From NCBI GenBank assembly GCA_010909165.1, contig MU008180.1:743884-807883 (forward strand): 64,000 bases of DNA, written 5' to 3'. The translations under genes and the position numbers were made by a program. Each line of letters opens with the position of its first letter. Position 1 is the first letter of the stretch. This document shows, one piece after another, positions 34,905 through 47,347 of the stretch. The notes under the pieces were generated by a model. The model had not been told where the DNA came from, did not search any database, and worked only from the letters and a program-made list of their open reading frames with translations. The DNA comes from Anthoceros angustus. Taxonomy: Eukaryota > Plantae > Anthocerotophyta.

Positions 34905-36611
34905 ATTGGGTAGATACGGTGGGAAGCTGATAGTCACCTCTTCTCCAAGTCCTGAACCCCGGTTTTGTCCTTGCCCGTAATCGGGGTAGAACGTTGAAAG
35001 TGCAGCAAAGAGGTGGTCTTGAGCCCTGTCACCATGTACATTAGTGTTGGTCTGTAAGGGATTTTCACACTACTGTGTCCATAAGATTCTTCGTGCCACC
35101 ACGCCTTGTGGTGTCACTGCGGGGTTGACCCAAACCATAGAGGCTAGGCTAAGATGACAGCATTCATGAGAAATGCAAGGGTGGTTCAGATTGTAGACAG
35201 CTTGACATGCTAGAAGGTGGTGGTATTTTTTGGGTGCACCTAAAATCCGGGTTGCAGATGCGATTGTAAGTGATGCACACGCTCTCAATGTTCTTCCCAG
35301 AAGTCTGAGTCGGTGGGTTCGTGGCTGACATGTCTCATGTGCTCTTGTCCCCGGTGCAGAATTGCAGCCTGCAAGCATTTGGTGTGCGTAGTGGCACAGG
35401 GATAAGGCAATTTAGACATTTCACGTGACGGCATGGCGGGTGGCAGAGGACTGTCAGGGATTGACACCCTGTACTGAGAGCAGTCCATTCAATGGTACTC
35501 GCAGTACACACACACCCTGCGACTTCCAGTGGCATGTCGCTATGGAGTACACAGATGGCCACCAGCGTGTGTTTTACATTCATGATCCAGCGCCTGATTG
35601 TGCAGTGCATTTATGATGCGAAGGCGATGGAGGCAGGACTTCATGTGAAGACGATGAAGTGCCATTTTCTTGCCGCCCGCCGGCCTTGTCTGGCCAACCC
35701 TTCAGCAGTTAGCGCTTAGAGCGTGTGTCACTACTATTCACGCGCGGCCCGCGCGCAAATGTGCCGTTCCCTTTGCATCCAACCAACAGTCCGCTACGTG
35801 CAAACAAGATTCATCGGGACAGCCAGGTTGGTCGGTGCAGGCGCTCCTCGATTCTTTTGCCCCTTGTGTCTACTGCACTCAAGAGGTTTTTCCATTGCCT
35901 CCACGTCTGATCCTCTGTACAGGTGGCAGTGGCGAAGTGGGCTATCTCCTAGGAGGCCGCACGTCCATACAGGAATTGACTCCTGCATTTGCAGTCTCCA
36001 GGAAACCCGCAAGGCAAGCTGCTCTGAGCCTGCGGTTTCAGTTTGTAGCCTCCGATTTGGGATTTGGGGATTTGGGGATTTTGGTCACTGCGGTTGGTTT
36101 TGAATTGGGACATCGCTGCGGAGATCTGGGTGAGTGGCGCAGTTCTGATTGTGAGAGGCATTCTTCCGGTTCTTGTCCTCACAGGTGTGACTAGAGCGAT
36201 GACGAAGCACGGCTTGAGTCGAACCATTTTTTGCCCCTGCTGTTTGGCTATCAAGAATGGAGACGAGGGCAGGAGGAGGAGGAGGAGGAGGACTACAAGA
36301 AAGCCAATGCAGGAGTGCGGGATTTGATGTCCATTGGCGGTGCTGTGTTGGTTGCTTGGTTGGTTTGTAGGGGAGAAATCCAGGTTGTGGGAGTCATTGG
36401 TGTTGGCCTGTGACTCCGGAGGCCCGGCTGCAGATCTCTTCCTGTAGCGTTCTCGGAAGAACGCATTGATGACGCCGCAGTTTGCACAGTTGTCGCTCAC
36501 GTCTGAATCGTGGGGAAGGCTTCTGGGCTGGTCCACCGAAAGTGGCCTCACCTAATGGAGGACTAGTTGGACGAGGGCAGGACTGCAGTTGAGACTGCTG
36601 AAAAGGATGCG

Positions 36612-38614
36612 ATGAAGAATTCCAGAGGAGGGAATACTTTGCAGCTGGATTGGCTGAGCTGGAACAGGGTGTTGTCCCGATGTGATTTGCAGAGCTGCAG
36701 CACCAAGACGCTCATCCTCTCCGCCGCTTCTGTTGTCTTGATTTGCTTCATCTATTTTGATCTAGCGGTTGCGCCCTCCTCGTTGTTGGTGCACCAGGCA
36801 AAGGAGGTAGGCGTGTTGTTCGCTAGAACTCAGTCTGAGGGCTTGGCTCCGCCTGAGGATAAGGTCCCGGTAGTCGACCAGGAAATTGGCACTGTGCCGA
36901 AGCCTCGAGACTGGGAGCATCTCCAAGGCGGGAGTGGCGTAGGCTCAAATGCCTCACTGGAGGCAGGAGCAGGCAGTGAGGAGGAGAGTAATTTAAGAGG
37001 TTTGGAGTCTCCAAACCAAGAAAACACCTTGCAGGCGAGCCTGGTCTCAACTGCAGGTTATGGTGATCCATTTTCCCCGGTGTTGGACGACACGATTTTG
37101 AATGGGGGCAGAGCTGAGGCCGCTCCTCCTCCTCCTCCAGGTACTACTCCTCTTCCTAGCTTGCAGATTGAGAAGCAGGAGGAAAGGAATGGGACTCAGG
37201 ATGAAGCTCAGACGAACAGTGAAGAGCCTCCTAAAGAGAAGTCCAATGCCGGACATTTACCGGATGCGGGCTGCAATATTTATTCTGGAAGGTGGGTTTT
37301 TGACAATGCGTCCTATCCCTTGTACAGACTAGACGACTGCCCTTTCGCAGACGGTGGTTTTCGATGTGGGGATAACGGACGTCCTGACCTTCGGTATGAG
37401 AATTGGCGGTGGCAACCGTTTGGATGCGACATGCCAAGGGTAGATCCAAAGCAGGTGCTGGAAAACCTACGAGGTGGAAGGATGGTGTTTGTCGGGGACT
37501 CGCTGGGGCGCAACCAGTGGGAATCCATGCTGTGCTTGCTGTCCTCCGCAGTGCCCAACAAGAGTAGGATATACGAACTGGATGGGAACCCCATCACCAA
37601 GCACAAGGGGTTTTTGCGATTCCGGTTTGACGACTACGACTGCAATGTGGAGTACTACCGATCCCCATTCCTGGTCCCTCACGGAAGGGCTCCTCCACGT
37701 CCACCGGCAGGAGTGAAGACGACTCTGAAACTAGACTTCCTGGAGTGGACGTCACCCAAGTGGCAAAACGCTGACATTCTCATCTTCAACACCGGGCACT
37801 GGTGGACTCCCTCAAAAACTACCAAGCTGTAAGCAAGCTAGCTATTGCCACGGGCTCTTAAAAGCGTCTTGTCCTATCTGTCGAGATGTTGGGTCCTGTG
37901 CCTGACAGGTCTGCTGCTCTGCCTGTGCCAGAGGGGTCTTCTTCCAGGAGGGGACGGAGGTGAACATGAGCCTGGGCATAGAGGAGGCCTTCACCAGGGC
38001 CATGCGGACATGGTCAAAATGGGCACGGACCAAGGTTGATCTGAACAAGACGAGCGTATTCTTCCGCGGCTTCGCTTCTACTCACTTCAGGTACCCTAAT
38101 CCAAGTCACCCTCAACGTCAATCTTTGCCCCTGATCCACATCCAGATCCAGATCCAGATCCAGATCCAGATCCAGATCCAGATTCAGATCCAGAGCAGAG
38201 CATAACGCACCCACCTCCTTGCTTTCTTCCTTCCACAGAGGGGGCACCTGGAAGGACGGTGGGACTTGCCACAAGGAGGTGCTGCCGTTCCCGGACGACG
38301 CCCCAGGGCTGAATGGGACTCCAGTGACCAACACTATTATTCAGAAGGAGCTGGCCCACTCTGACCTAAAGCAGGTGACGTTCCTGGACGTCACCCTGTC
38401 CACCAATTACCGCAGAGACGCACATCCTGCAATGTGGAACACCGTGCCACCCAAGCCCATCAACCAGCAGGACTGCAGCCACTGGTGCCTCCCCGGGGTT
38501 CCTGATTCCTGGAACGAGATGGTATTCGCCGAATTGGAGATGAGGCGTTGGTCTCATGAGCGGCCACGCGCGGCGGATCCAGAAGCCGCACAAGATCCAA
38601 CAACCTCCAGATAG
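36612..38614 (+). CDS. TBL: Trichome birefringence-like (TBL) polysaccharide O-acetyltransferase; three coding exons (~36612-37828, ~37931-38090, ~38239-38614)
   Basis: It has an N-terminal TM segment, the CNIYSGRWVFD PMR5N domain, the GDS motif (FVGDSLGRNQWESM), NTGHWW and the DxxH motif (DCSHWCLPGVPDSWN). Subfamily was not assigned and a longer N-terminus cannot be excluded. Confidence 0.93.
38131..38195. repeat. (CAGATC)n intronic microsatellite
   Basis: About 10 copies in the second TBL intron. Confidence 0.9.
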
Positions 38615-38627
38615 CCTGGTGCAGAGG

Positions 38628-39005
38628 AAAGGCAAGGCAAGGCAAGGCAAGGGAAGGGAAGGCAAGGAAAGGAAAGGAAAGGAAAGGAAAGGCAAGGGAA
38701 GGGAAGGCAAGGAAAGGAAAGGAAAGGCAAGGCAAGGCAAGGCAAGGCAAGGCAAGGCAAGGCAAGGCAAGGCAAGGGAAGAGAAGGGAAGGCAACGCAA
38801 CGCAACGCAACGCAACGCAACGCAACGCAACGCAACGCAACGCAACGCAACGCAACGCAACGCAACGCAACGCACGCAACGCAACGCAACGCAACACGCA
38901 ACGCAACACGCAACGCAACGCAACGCAACGCAACGCAACGCAACGCAACGCAACGCAACGCAACGCAACGCAACGCAACGCAACGCAAGGAAAGGAAAGG
39001 AAAGG
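38628..39005. repeat. Compound pentanucleotide microsatellite (AAGGC/AAGGG/AAAGG)n-(AACGC)n-(AAAGG)n
   Basis: Directly visible; it starts about 14 bp after the TBL stop codon. Confidence 0.95.
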
Positions 39006-39963
39006 ATAGCCTACCGTAAACGGAATCCTCCTGTATCTGGGCCCCGCCCGCTCCCTATATAATTTTGAAAAGTTTGGCACTGGCTTCCCTAGGCCCGTAA
39101 TGCGACATCCTCGTAGCCAATGGGTTTTGGAAGCTGCCTATTTCACGCCTGCCTGGTGCATACATATGTACCTAGTCTAATGTGTCACATACTGTATGTA
39201 TGGAAATGTTGCCGTTCACGTTTAGGTACTAATCTTCATTCCTAACGTGGGGCGTGAAATGAATGTGAATGTAATCCGATCGTCCTCGGTTGTAGCATGG
39301 AGGAGGGATGACGGAGAGACGGCCAATGTGAAAAGGAGAAAGTGGGGTCAACCCAACTGCCGCCCGCCCTTTCTCTCTCTGCCCCCTTGCACAAGTTGCC
39401 AATGCGCACAAGCATCCATTCCCTCTCGAGCGGCATTTCTCCAACCACCCGCCTGCTCGCCCGAGGCCTCGCATGGGATAGCGGCTTCCGGACAACATTC
39501 CCTTGCAACAGCGCCGCCGTGCTCCCTTCCGCGCGGCTCTCCTTCTGCCGGATCTCCTTGCCTCCGCTTCCCCTGCAATCTGATCCGTCCGCAGCTGCGT
39601 CTGGCGCTGGCGGCGGCAGCAGCACCGGCAGCGGAAGCGGAAGCGGAGCATGTCGAGCGCTCTCTCGGCTTGAAGCGGAAGGGGAAGCAGGCAGCTGCCG
39701 GATAGGCTTAAGGTAAGGACGCTGGCCTCCGGCGGCTAATCTCGGTTTGGTGCATGGCAGATCAGGATGCTCCTTTGTTGCACTCCAGGTGGTGTTTGCG
39801 TCGGGGTTGCCCGGGGAGGATGGATTCTCTCATGCTGTAGAAGGACTTTGGCAACGGTGTAACGGTGGACGGTTCTATGTTGTGCAGGAAAGTAAGGCGC
39901 TCCGGCGTGTGCGCTTTGTAGGAGGTGCACACCGTCTCTGCCTTGGCTAGTGTCAGGCGCGCA

Positions 39964-42682
39964 ATGTCGGTGGCAGGGCCGGAGGGGCTGACATCCTCAT
40001 ACCTGCAGAACAATGAATTCCGGGCGAGTGCGCTTCACCACAGCATTGAGCAATCGGTGCTGCAGTCCTGTGGCGTGCAGGTGCTCCAAGTTGGACCCTC
40101 TCTCGGAGGTTTAGGTTCATGCTGTGCTGGACGTGGCCGCCTTTGCGTGTTCGGCTAGGCTTGATGCGGGAGTGATTGCGCTTTCCGTACTGCGCATTGT
40201 GGATTTGAATGACTTGCAGCTCGTGCCGTGTGCGCCTGTTCAGCTGATGGTAGACTCATGGAGTTTTTCTAGGATGGATAGTTGTGTGACGGTAATGGTT
40301 ATGCCAGCGTGTGCTGACTTGTTTCCCTTTCTGAGTTTAGGAGGAGCTTCTGGCCCCCCTCCTCATTGCCAGTGATTCGGCCCACGATGGTGAGAGTGAG
40401 GTTGAAGATGACAACGCTGAGAGATTAGACGTAGGTCTGAAGATGTATGGGTGAGTTGGCCAATCTTCACAGTGTCCCTCATTTACAGGGTGGTGTAAGA
40501 TGCCTGCCGTTGGTGTTCTGTTTCCTGCGTCAGGTTGGTTGAAAGCAATGGTACCCGTTTTTGCAAGTAAGCGTTGCTGAATCTGCGCATTTTGCTACAC
40601 TCTTCGTATTGTCAGGTGTGTGCACTATCGACGTCGATGTCGCATCAGAGCTCCTTGTTGCAATGAAGTTTTTGACTGTCGGCATTGTCATAACGATGTG
40701 AAGGTGAAAGAGGTTTCTACTTAACGGATTTCCTTCAGGCTTAAAAGTCTTGATGGTAGCTTAACTGGGGATTCATTTTTGTAGAATGCGTATGAAGTTG
40801 ATCCATGGAAGAAGCATGACATGCCTCGGCACGACGTGGAGAAGGTATGGAAATGAGCGGAAGACAGCATTACATGCTGAACGCACCGCAGTGCCTTCCG
40901 GAAGCTCTGTATTCGTTTGACTTTCTGCGGGAAACCTTTCCCGAAAAAGCAGTAATCGTTGGTTGTTTTCAGGTGATTTGTTCACTTTGCAACACTGAGC
41001 AAAAGGTATGTTTTTTGTTTCTGTCTCGTTGCCACGGCATGAGTACCTTGGAGTTCAACCTTCACGAATGACGTATTGTCGTAATCGGGAACAGGTGCAA
41101 CAGATTTGTGAGAATTGTGGAGTCTGCATGGGGAAATATTTCTGCAAGATGTGCAAGTTCTTCGACGATGATGTTAGTATTCCATGTGTGTGAGATCAAT
41201 TCATCAACATGCCAAATAATCAGTGGCGTGCTTCGATGCAGAACGTTCACCTATGAGTTTTCGACTGTCAAAGTGTTCCAAATAGTGCTTTAAAGTGGAT
41301 CTTTGTTTCTGAAATCATGTTTCAGGTGTCTAAGGAGCAGTTCCACTGTGACTCTTGTGGCATTTGCAGGTAATCTGGATTCACATCTCTCACTTTTAGA
41401 TCAACCGGTAACCTACTGCAAGTTTTGTTGCGTTCTCTCCCTAAGGGTGAAGTGATTGTTGACTGAGTCAGCTGTGGGTATATTCTGCGAAATGGGATTT
41501 GCAGAGTGGGAGGCAGCCAGAACTTCTTCCATTGTCAACGTTGCGGTAAGCCTTTCCTCTGTTCTCGAGCTCATCCGCTTCGGATTCTTGTTTGGATTTT
41601 TTGCTAGTAAACGGTTCTTCTCTCAGTACTTGTGTAGCACCCATGTGGGAGCATGGCTCCAACGTAGGTGCTGCCAGATTGCAGGCACGGGCAGCATGCA
41701 AGTGATGTCTTGAATAGGAAGAGCAGAAGCATTTGCTTTTAGCTTGCTCATGCTGTCATACTCTTAACCTGATGCAAGCTGATCCCGTAGTCTTGGTGTT
41801 TTGACCTTCGTGTTCCTAGCTGTTCTTAGCGTGTCGCTGTACTTCGTTAGAGATTGCGTGCTACAATCTGAATGTTTTCATTCGCGGACCGAGCAGGTTG
41901 TTGCTACTCGAGAAAGCTGGAAACGGGTCATCCCTGTGTTGAAAATGCGATGCATCACAACTGTCCCGTTTGCTTTGAGGTTCGCTTTGTGCTGCCCAAT
42001 CCTATTGCAAGTCAGCGGTCTTGGGGGCCGTAAAACCTGGCTGTTGAGACTCTGGGCATTGACTGTGGTGCAGTATCTTTTTGACTCCCTGAAGTCTATC
42101 ACTGTCATGCGATGTGGTCACACAATGCACGAGGCTTGCATGAGAGAAATGCACCTGCACCGCCAGTAAGTAGAAATCTGATCTCGTTCTGCTGTTAGCT
42201 TCTCTTCATGCCCCGGGCGTTTGCTTAGTTGTGGATGGCTTCAGGTATTCGTGTCCCATCTGCTCCAGGTCGACTCTGGAGGACATGTCTACATTTTGGG
42301 AAGAACGTGATCGCGAAGTAAGGCGCATATCCTCTTGTAGCCAGTCTATGCTGAAAAACTGCGAATCCGACTTGACTTAACTAACGCTCGTTTGTCCTCC
42401 AGGTGGCCGCGACTCCTATGCCCGTTAGTTACCAGAACAAGGAGGTAAGTGATGGCGTGAAGTGTATTTTTCCTGGTACGCCTTTGGTTGTCAACAACGC
42501 CTCTTCCGGTGAATCAATAACTTGTCTTCGGATCTGTTGCTTAGGTCCGTATTCTCTGCAACGATTGTGGTGCGAAAAAAGACGTTATCTTCCATATCGT
42601 TGGTCTCAAATGCCCGGCTTGCTCGTCTTACAACACCCGCCAGTTGAAGGGCAGGTCAGGCTCCTCGTCACACCACCTGTAG
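39964..42682 (+). CDS. CHY zinc finger / CTCHY / RING-H2 / zinc-ribbon E3 ubiquitin ligase (Pirh2, MIEL1, RZFP34 family), about 13 exons
   Basis: Spliced exons read YG|[104 protein letters not shown] and ILCNDCGA...[17 protein letters not shown]. Start codon is tentative. Confidence 0.93.
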
Positions 42683-43099
42683 GCAGCAGTTGATGACGTG
42701 TCCGAACCCTTACAGCTGAACGATTTTTAGCGTCCTTTAACGACTCTGTACCATTTGTTGCAATGGGGAAGGTGTTGAAGCCATCTTAGGTGTCTTGGTG
42801 GGTAGTTAAAATTAGGGGTGAAGGGATTCTAGGTGATGGTAGGAGACAATCTAAGGTTGGTCGGTGGTTGTCGGCTCAGCAACCTCGAGCAACCTTGATA
42901 TGTTCTAATCGTACTTGGAGGATATTCTTTCTAATTATTTTTAATTTTATTTATCATATGATAAAATTACATGGTTTTTTGAGTTCAGCATATAGCTTGG
43001 TGTAAATAGCAATGGTTAGCTTTTATATTTATTTTAAAAGTTTTATTGTAATATTATTGATCTTATTTTTATACATATGTTATATTTTTCATATTTAGT

Positions 43100-43492
43100 A
43101 TGGGAGTTCCAAGTGTCTACTTTATTTTTATTGATCTTTTCTTCTTCTATTTGAAAGAATGGTAATCACGTCATTTAGTACTAGTAGACCATATTAGGAA
43201 TATCCTCGACTGCGATGTAAACATCCTCCACCTGGACGGAGGTACCCGCAACCATGATAGAGGCATCCTCTCTCAAATAACCTTGGATGTATACCTAACA
43301 TTGTAGCATAGAATACATAAAACCTTTGTATCAAAATGGTATGCGATATTCAATAGTAGCATGGAACGCGTGACTCTTAGTACATACCGAGATGGTATAG
43401 TAAGAGACTATGCCCATGTGAGATGTGATGTTCAAGGGCAATTTTGTTACGGTATATCTTATGCTAAAGTTACAGCTTTGGTTAATCTATAA
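43100..43492 (+). pseudogene. Possible S-protein homologue (self-incompatibility S1 family)-like pseudogene
   Basis: A 131-codon frame with two internal stops reads MGVPSVYFIFIDLFFFYLKEW*SRHLVLVDHIRNILDCDVNILHLDGGTRNHDRGILS...TFVSKW...TYRDGIVRD...RCDVQGQFCYGISY. It has a hydrophobic leader and a layout resembling SPH (I.N.L...H...D.G.L; Y..RD..C....C..I). The resemblance was judged by eye only. Confidence 0.4.
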
Positions 43493-43561
43493 TGATCTTG
43501 TAATATTCTTGTTTGGTCCGTGGGCAGCTACGATTGGATCATGCATCGGCAATAGACTTCC

Positions 43562-44760
43562 ATGAAGTTGCATGAGGTCTATCTCCTCTTCTTCTTTTTG
43601 TATGGAATTCGAGTGCTGTTATGGTGTAGCACACATGTTTAGTATACCTCACTGAAGTGTTGAGCAACGTAGTCCCATAGAAGTTGTTTCCACTTTTTTA
43701 AGTTGTTTGGCCTTCCTGTAGGAGGTAAAATCATGCTTCCTTTTAGTTATAATACTAATCACTATGTATTATGAATCTATGTTTAGTTATGCTGTAAGTG
43801 ATATTAGATACTCCTTCGAGGAGCCGAACACGTTTTACATATGCATACGATTTTACACTTTGCAACATGTAGATACAGACAATCCTAATATTGATGGAGG
43901 TGACTATTCACCAGCATATGATAATTTAATTCCAGTGGATGATGAAGGAGAATATGATTTGATGGAGGTAACTATTCACTAGCATATGATAATTTAATTC
44001 CAGTGGATGATGAAGGAGAATATGATTTAATTCAAGTGGATGATAAAGATGAATTATGAGTTAATTCCAGAGGATGAGGAGGAGGATATGAGTTAATTCT
44101 AGAGGATGAGGAGGAGGATATGAGTTAATTCCAAATGATGAGGAGGAGGATATGAGTTGATTCCAGTGGATGACGATGCAGAATATGATTTAAATCTAGT
44201 GCATGATGAATGAGAATATGACTTAATTCTAGTATGATATAACTTAAAGTCTAGTGGATGATGAAGAAGAATATAATTTGATTCCATTGGATGATAAAAA
44301 AAGGATGTAAGATAATTTGGGATGATGAAGCAATGATTTTATTCCAAGGGATGTTGCTAGAGGATATAAGTTAATTGCAGTGGATGATGAAGCAATGATT
44401 TTAGTCCAGTGGATGCTGCAAGAGAATATAAGTTAATTCCAATGGATGATGAAGAAGGATATGATTATTCATAGGTGATTCTAGGATATGAGGTAATTCC
44501 AATGGATGATGAAGGAGGTTATGATTGATCATTCATGATTGTTTTCTTATTCACTTGATGTCCCCATAGCAAGTGAGTATTCATTAACAAAAATAATTCA
44601 TTGAAGAATGATGATGGAGAAGACTATCAAAGAAGTGATGAGGATTCACTAGCAAATGATAAATCACTTGTGGATGACAAAAGAAATTATAATGGAGAAA
44701 GTGAAGAAAATAACGCGTGTCAATCTTTGCTCAAACAAATTCATACCTACCAAAGTCACA
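43562..44760 (+). pseudogene. Degenerate acidic Tyr-rich repeat protein gene, paralogue of 46238-47347
   Basis: A signal-peptide-like start (MKLHEVYLLFFFLYG) and a possible donor at 43725 are followed by DGGDYSPAYDNLIPVDDEGEYD and an array of similar units broken by stops and frameshifts. Confidence 0.5.
43888..44525. repeat. ~30-33-bp degenerate minisatellite (TTAATTCCAGTGGATGATGAAGGAGAATATGA), roughly 18-20 units
   Basis: Visible tandem units; the consensus translates as LIPVDDEGEYD. Confidence 0.88.
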
Positions 44761-46099
44761 CCTACCAAAGACTTCTTCACGTGATGTCCGCATAGCATAG
44801 CAATCCATGCATAATATCATTGTATAGTATAATAGAACTATTTGGTAGGAGAGGTTGAAGAGGTGTGTAGATGCAGACAATCCTAATTGTGGGACTACAA
44901 CGAACCCTGTCGAGAAGGTTTAGGCTTTTGTGGCATGATGCCCCACTAGTGTAATTTTTTTTTATCTCATGATATATTATCACACAAATCAAAATGGTAG
45001 GGGAAAAAGATATTTGTTGCATGTGACTTGTGCTCGCTTATTTGTTACTAGATCAAATTTTGCATCCCATCCTTACTAGATCAAATTTTGCATCCCATCC
45101 AGGTGCAACTGTACACAACCACCTCAAAGGATGTAAAGACCCTTATAACATGACGCATGAGATGCTTGGTTGTCGATGTGCTTTGTGTCGAGCCTCGGTC
45201 CCCTGCATCACCACCAGTGCCGCCAAGGCTGTTACCGCACAAACCCATGCTCAATACCCAAAACGCTTATCCCTCTTGTATAATCAAGAACTGCAGCTTG
45301 ATGCGAGAGCGTCACATTCCCAAGTCGCCCCGCTCCTAAACTTGCATCCCGCTTCTATTTCCATAGGACGAAGGGACAAGTGGCTGCAAGCTCGATCGAT
45401 TCAACCTCGGAACCCAAATCCAGCTTAGGGTTTAGTGCGCATCCTCTAGTAAAGCTCCAAAGAACTTCAGAACGATGTGGGAGCAGCCTTGGTCCCCATG
45501 TCCCAAGGGAAATGTTTCGTACGTGATAGTGGCCCAATTATGTATTAGCCTGTTCTGAAAGAGGGTAGTTTGGAAAATTGGTATGATGGTAGAGGCGTCT
45601 CCGGATTCTAGAGAGCTACGTAACCAGGCCTGGCGATGGGGAGATCTGCACCCAAATTCTGCAAGCAAGTCATTAAAATGGCGGGATTCAAGCCTAGCCT
45701 CCTTAGAGATCTCTTCTGGCAAATCTCTTGGTCCCAAAGGAGTCAGAGGGCCGTCCCCAAGTCCAAGTGAGCACTACGAGGTTGCATACTAGCTGATCTG
45801 GACCATCAACAAAATTGTATCTCATCAAAGAAAAGGCTCGTGTGATGGACCGAAACACCTTGGAATGCACATGGATGTCGGAGACAGATTAATAAATCTA
45901 TCAAAGATTTTGTAAAATTCCTGTGATAGTTTAATAAAGCTATTAAAATTTTTGTGTTTATTACTTACATGGATCTCATATTTATATTGAAAGTATGTTA
46001 TATTTGTGGCCATATTGAAGAGTGGAGATTAACGATATGCTATTTTTGTTGAATAGTAATTATGTGCCTTTTCTAAATTTATTTACACTTTTGATGGCC

Positions 46100-46107
46100 C
46101 ATAAATA
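46100..46107 (+). promoter_or_regulatory. TATA-like box upstream of the secreted repeat protein
   Basis: CATAAATA is followed about 20-30 nt later by a CAA-rich leader (TCAAACACAACAACAACAA) and about 130 nt later by the ATG. Confidence 0.45.
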
Positions 46108-46237
46108 CTCTCCTCATTGTTCATTTCAAACACAACAACAACAATTTTGTGCGCTCTTTCCCTTTCCTAAGGGTCTCATATAATTCAAGAGCTTTTTTTG
46201 TGTTGAGGGCATCTTTTTGTTCATAATATCTTTCAGA

Positions 46238-47347
46238 ATGAAAAAAGAATTTCATGTGGTGTTTTTGCCCCTCTTAGTTGTAATGTTGTTCACTATATCA
46301 ACTTTTGAAGCTAAAGGTGTACACTGTGCTCGGCTCATCAAAGGAGTAATTTCTATCACGACATCCCTAACAACAAGGCATAGTGCTCTTCAGGGAACTC
46401 AAAGTCCGCTACTTTCACAAGTGGGTCCATTTTCACCCGAGGTACCCCGAGGAGCAAAAGCTAGAAGGATACGACATCACATCATAAACCCATTGTGGGA
46501 AGAATGGAAAGTGCCAAAGCCTCATTCACCTCCTCATGTCCCCACAGCAGTCCCAGGGATAGATGTCAGAAACCATGATGAAGATGTGGGCAACCCTAAT
46601 GATGAATATTCACAAGAAGGTGATGGAGGAAGAGGTGGTGATACGGGCAATCCTAATGATGAATATTCACCAATTGTAGATTATGGTTCACAAGCACCAC
46701 AGGAAGGTGATGGAGGGAGAGGTGGTGATGTGAGCAACCTTGATGACGGCTATTCACCAATTGTGGATTATGGTTCACAAGCACCACAAGAAGGTGATGG
46801 AGAAAGAGGTGGTGATATGGGCAACCTTAATGATGGCTATTCACCATTAGTAGATTATGGTTCACAAGCACCACAAGAAGGTGATGGAGAAAGAGGTGGT
46901 GATATGGGCAACCTTAATGATGGCTATTCACCATTAGTAAATTATGGTTCACAAGCACCACAAGAAGGTGATGGAGAACAAGGTGGTGATATGGGCAACC
47001 TTAATGATGGTTATTCACCATTAGTAGATTATGGTTCACAAGCACCACAAGAAGGTGATGGAGAAAGAGGTGGTGATATGGGCAACCTTAATGGCGACTT
47101 TTCACCAATAGTTGATTATTGTTTACAACCACCACAAGAAGATGATGGAGGAAGAGGTGTTGATGTGAGCAACCTTTATGATGACTTTTCACCAGTAGTT
47201 GATTATGGGTCACAAGCACCACAAGAAGGTGATGGAGCAAGAGGTTGTGATGTGGGCAACCTTAATGATGATTATTCACCAATAGTAGATATAATGGTTC
47301 ACAAGCACCACAAGAAGGTGATGGAGCAATTCTACGTGTACATGTGA
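46238..47347 (+). CDS. Putative secreted acidic Tyr-rich protein with 8 tandem 29-aa repeats
   Basis: A signal-peptide-like start (MKKEFHVVFLPLLVVMLFTISTFEA) and a basic/Pro-rich linker precede repeats of EGDGERGGDMGNLNDGYSPLVDYGSQAPQ. The frame is open for 369 aa in an AT-rich context. Confidence 0.65.
   Translation: MKKEFHVVFLPLLVVMLFTISTFEAKGVHCARLIKGVISITTSLTTRHSALQGTQSPLLSQVGPFSPEVPRGAKARRIRHHIINPLWEEWKVPKPHSPPHVPTAVPGIDVRNHDEDVGNPNDEYSQEGDGGRGGDTGNPNDEYSPIVDYGSQAPQEGDGGRGGDVSNLDDGYSPIVDYGSQAPQEGDGERGGDMGNLNDGYSPLVDYGSQAPQEGDGERGGDMGNLNDGYSPLVNYGSQAPQEGDGEQGGDMGNLNDGYSPLVDYGSQAPQEGDGERGGDMGNLNGDFSPIVDYCLQPPQEDDGGRGVDVSNLYDDFSPVVDYGSQAPQEGDGARGCDVGNLNDDYSPIVDIMVHKHHKKVMEQFYVYM
46580..47330. 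repeat. 87-bp coding minisatellite, 8 full units plus partial flanking units
   Basis: Units are visible in both DNA and translation. Confidence 0.93.

Noticed and set aside
35070-36551. Several 60-200-aa ORFs between TRS130 and TBL
   Set aside because: They have no motifs, and the sequence looks like 3' UTR plus TBL leader or intron.
38366-39080. ORFs of CVALR / NATQR repeats
   Set aside because: They are translations of the pentamer microsatellite.
39050-39240. TATA-like box followed by AATTTTG, suggesting an snRNA
   Set aside because: There is no upstream USE (RTCCCACATCG) and no recognisable U-snRNA sequence.
45030-45792. Moderately GC-rich ORFs inside the AT-rich domain
   Set aside because: No domain was recognised; this may be a TE fragment, but there is too little support to annotate.
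43888-47330. Regularly spaced repeats resembling CRISPR arrays
   Set aside because: The units are contiguous minisatellites without unique spacers, there are no cas genes, and the context is eukaryotic.
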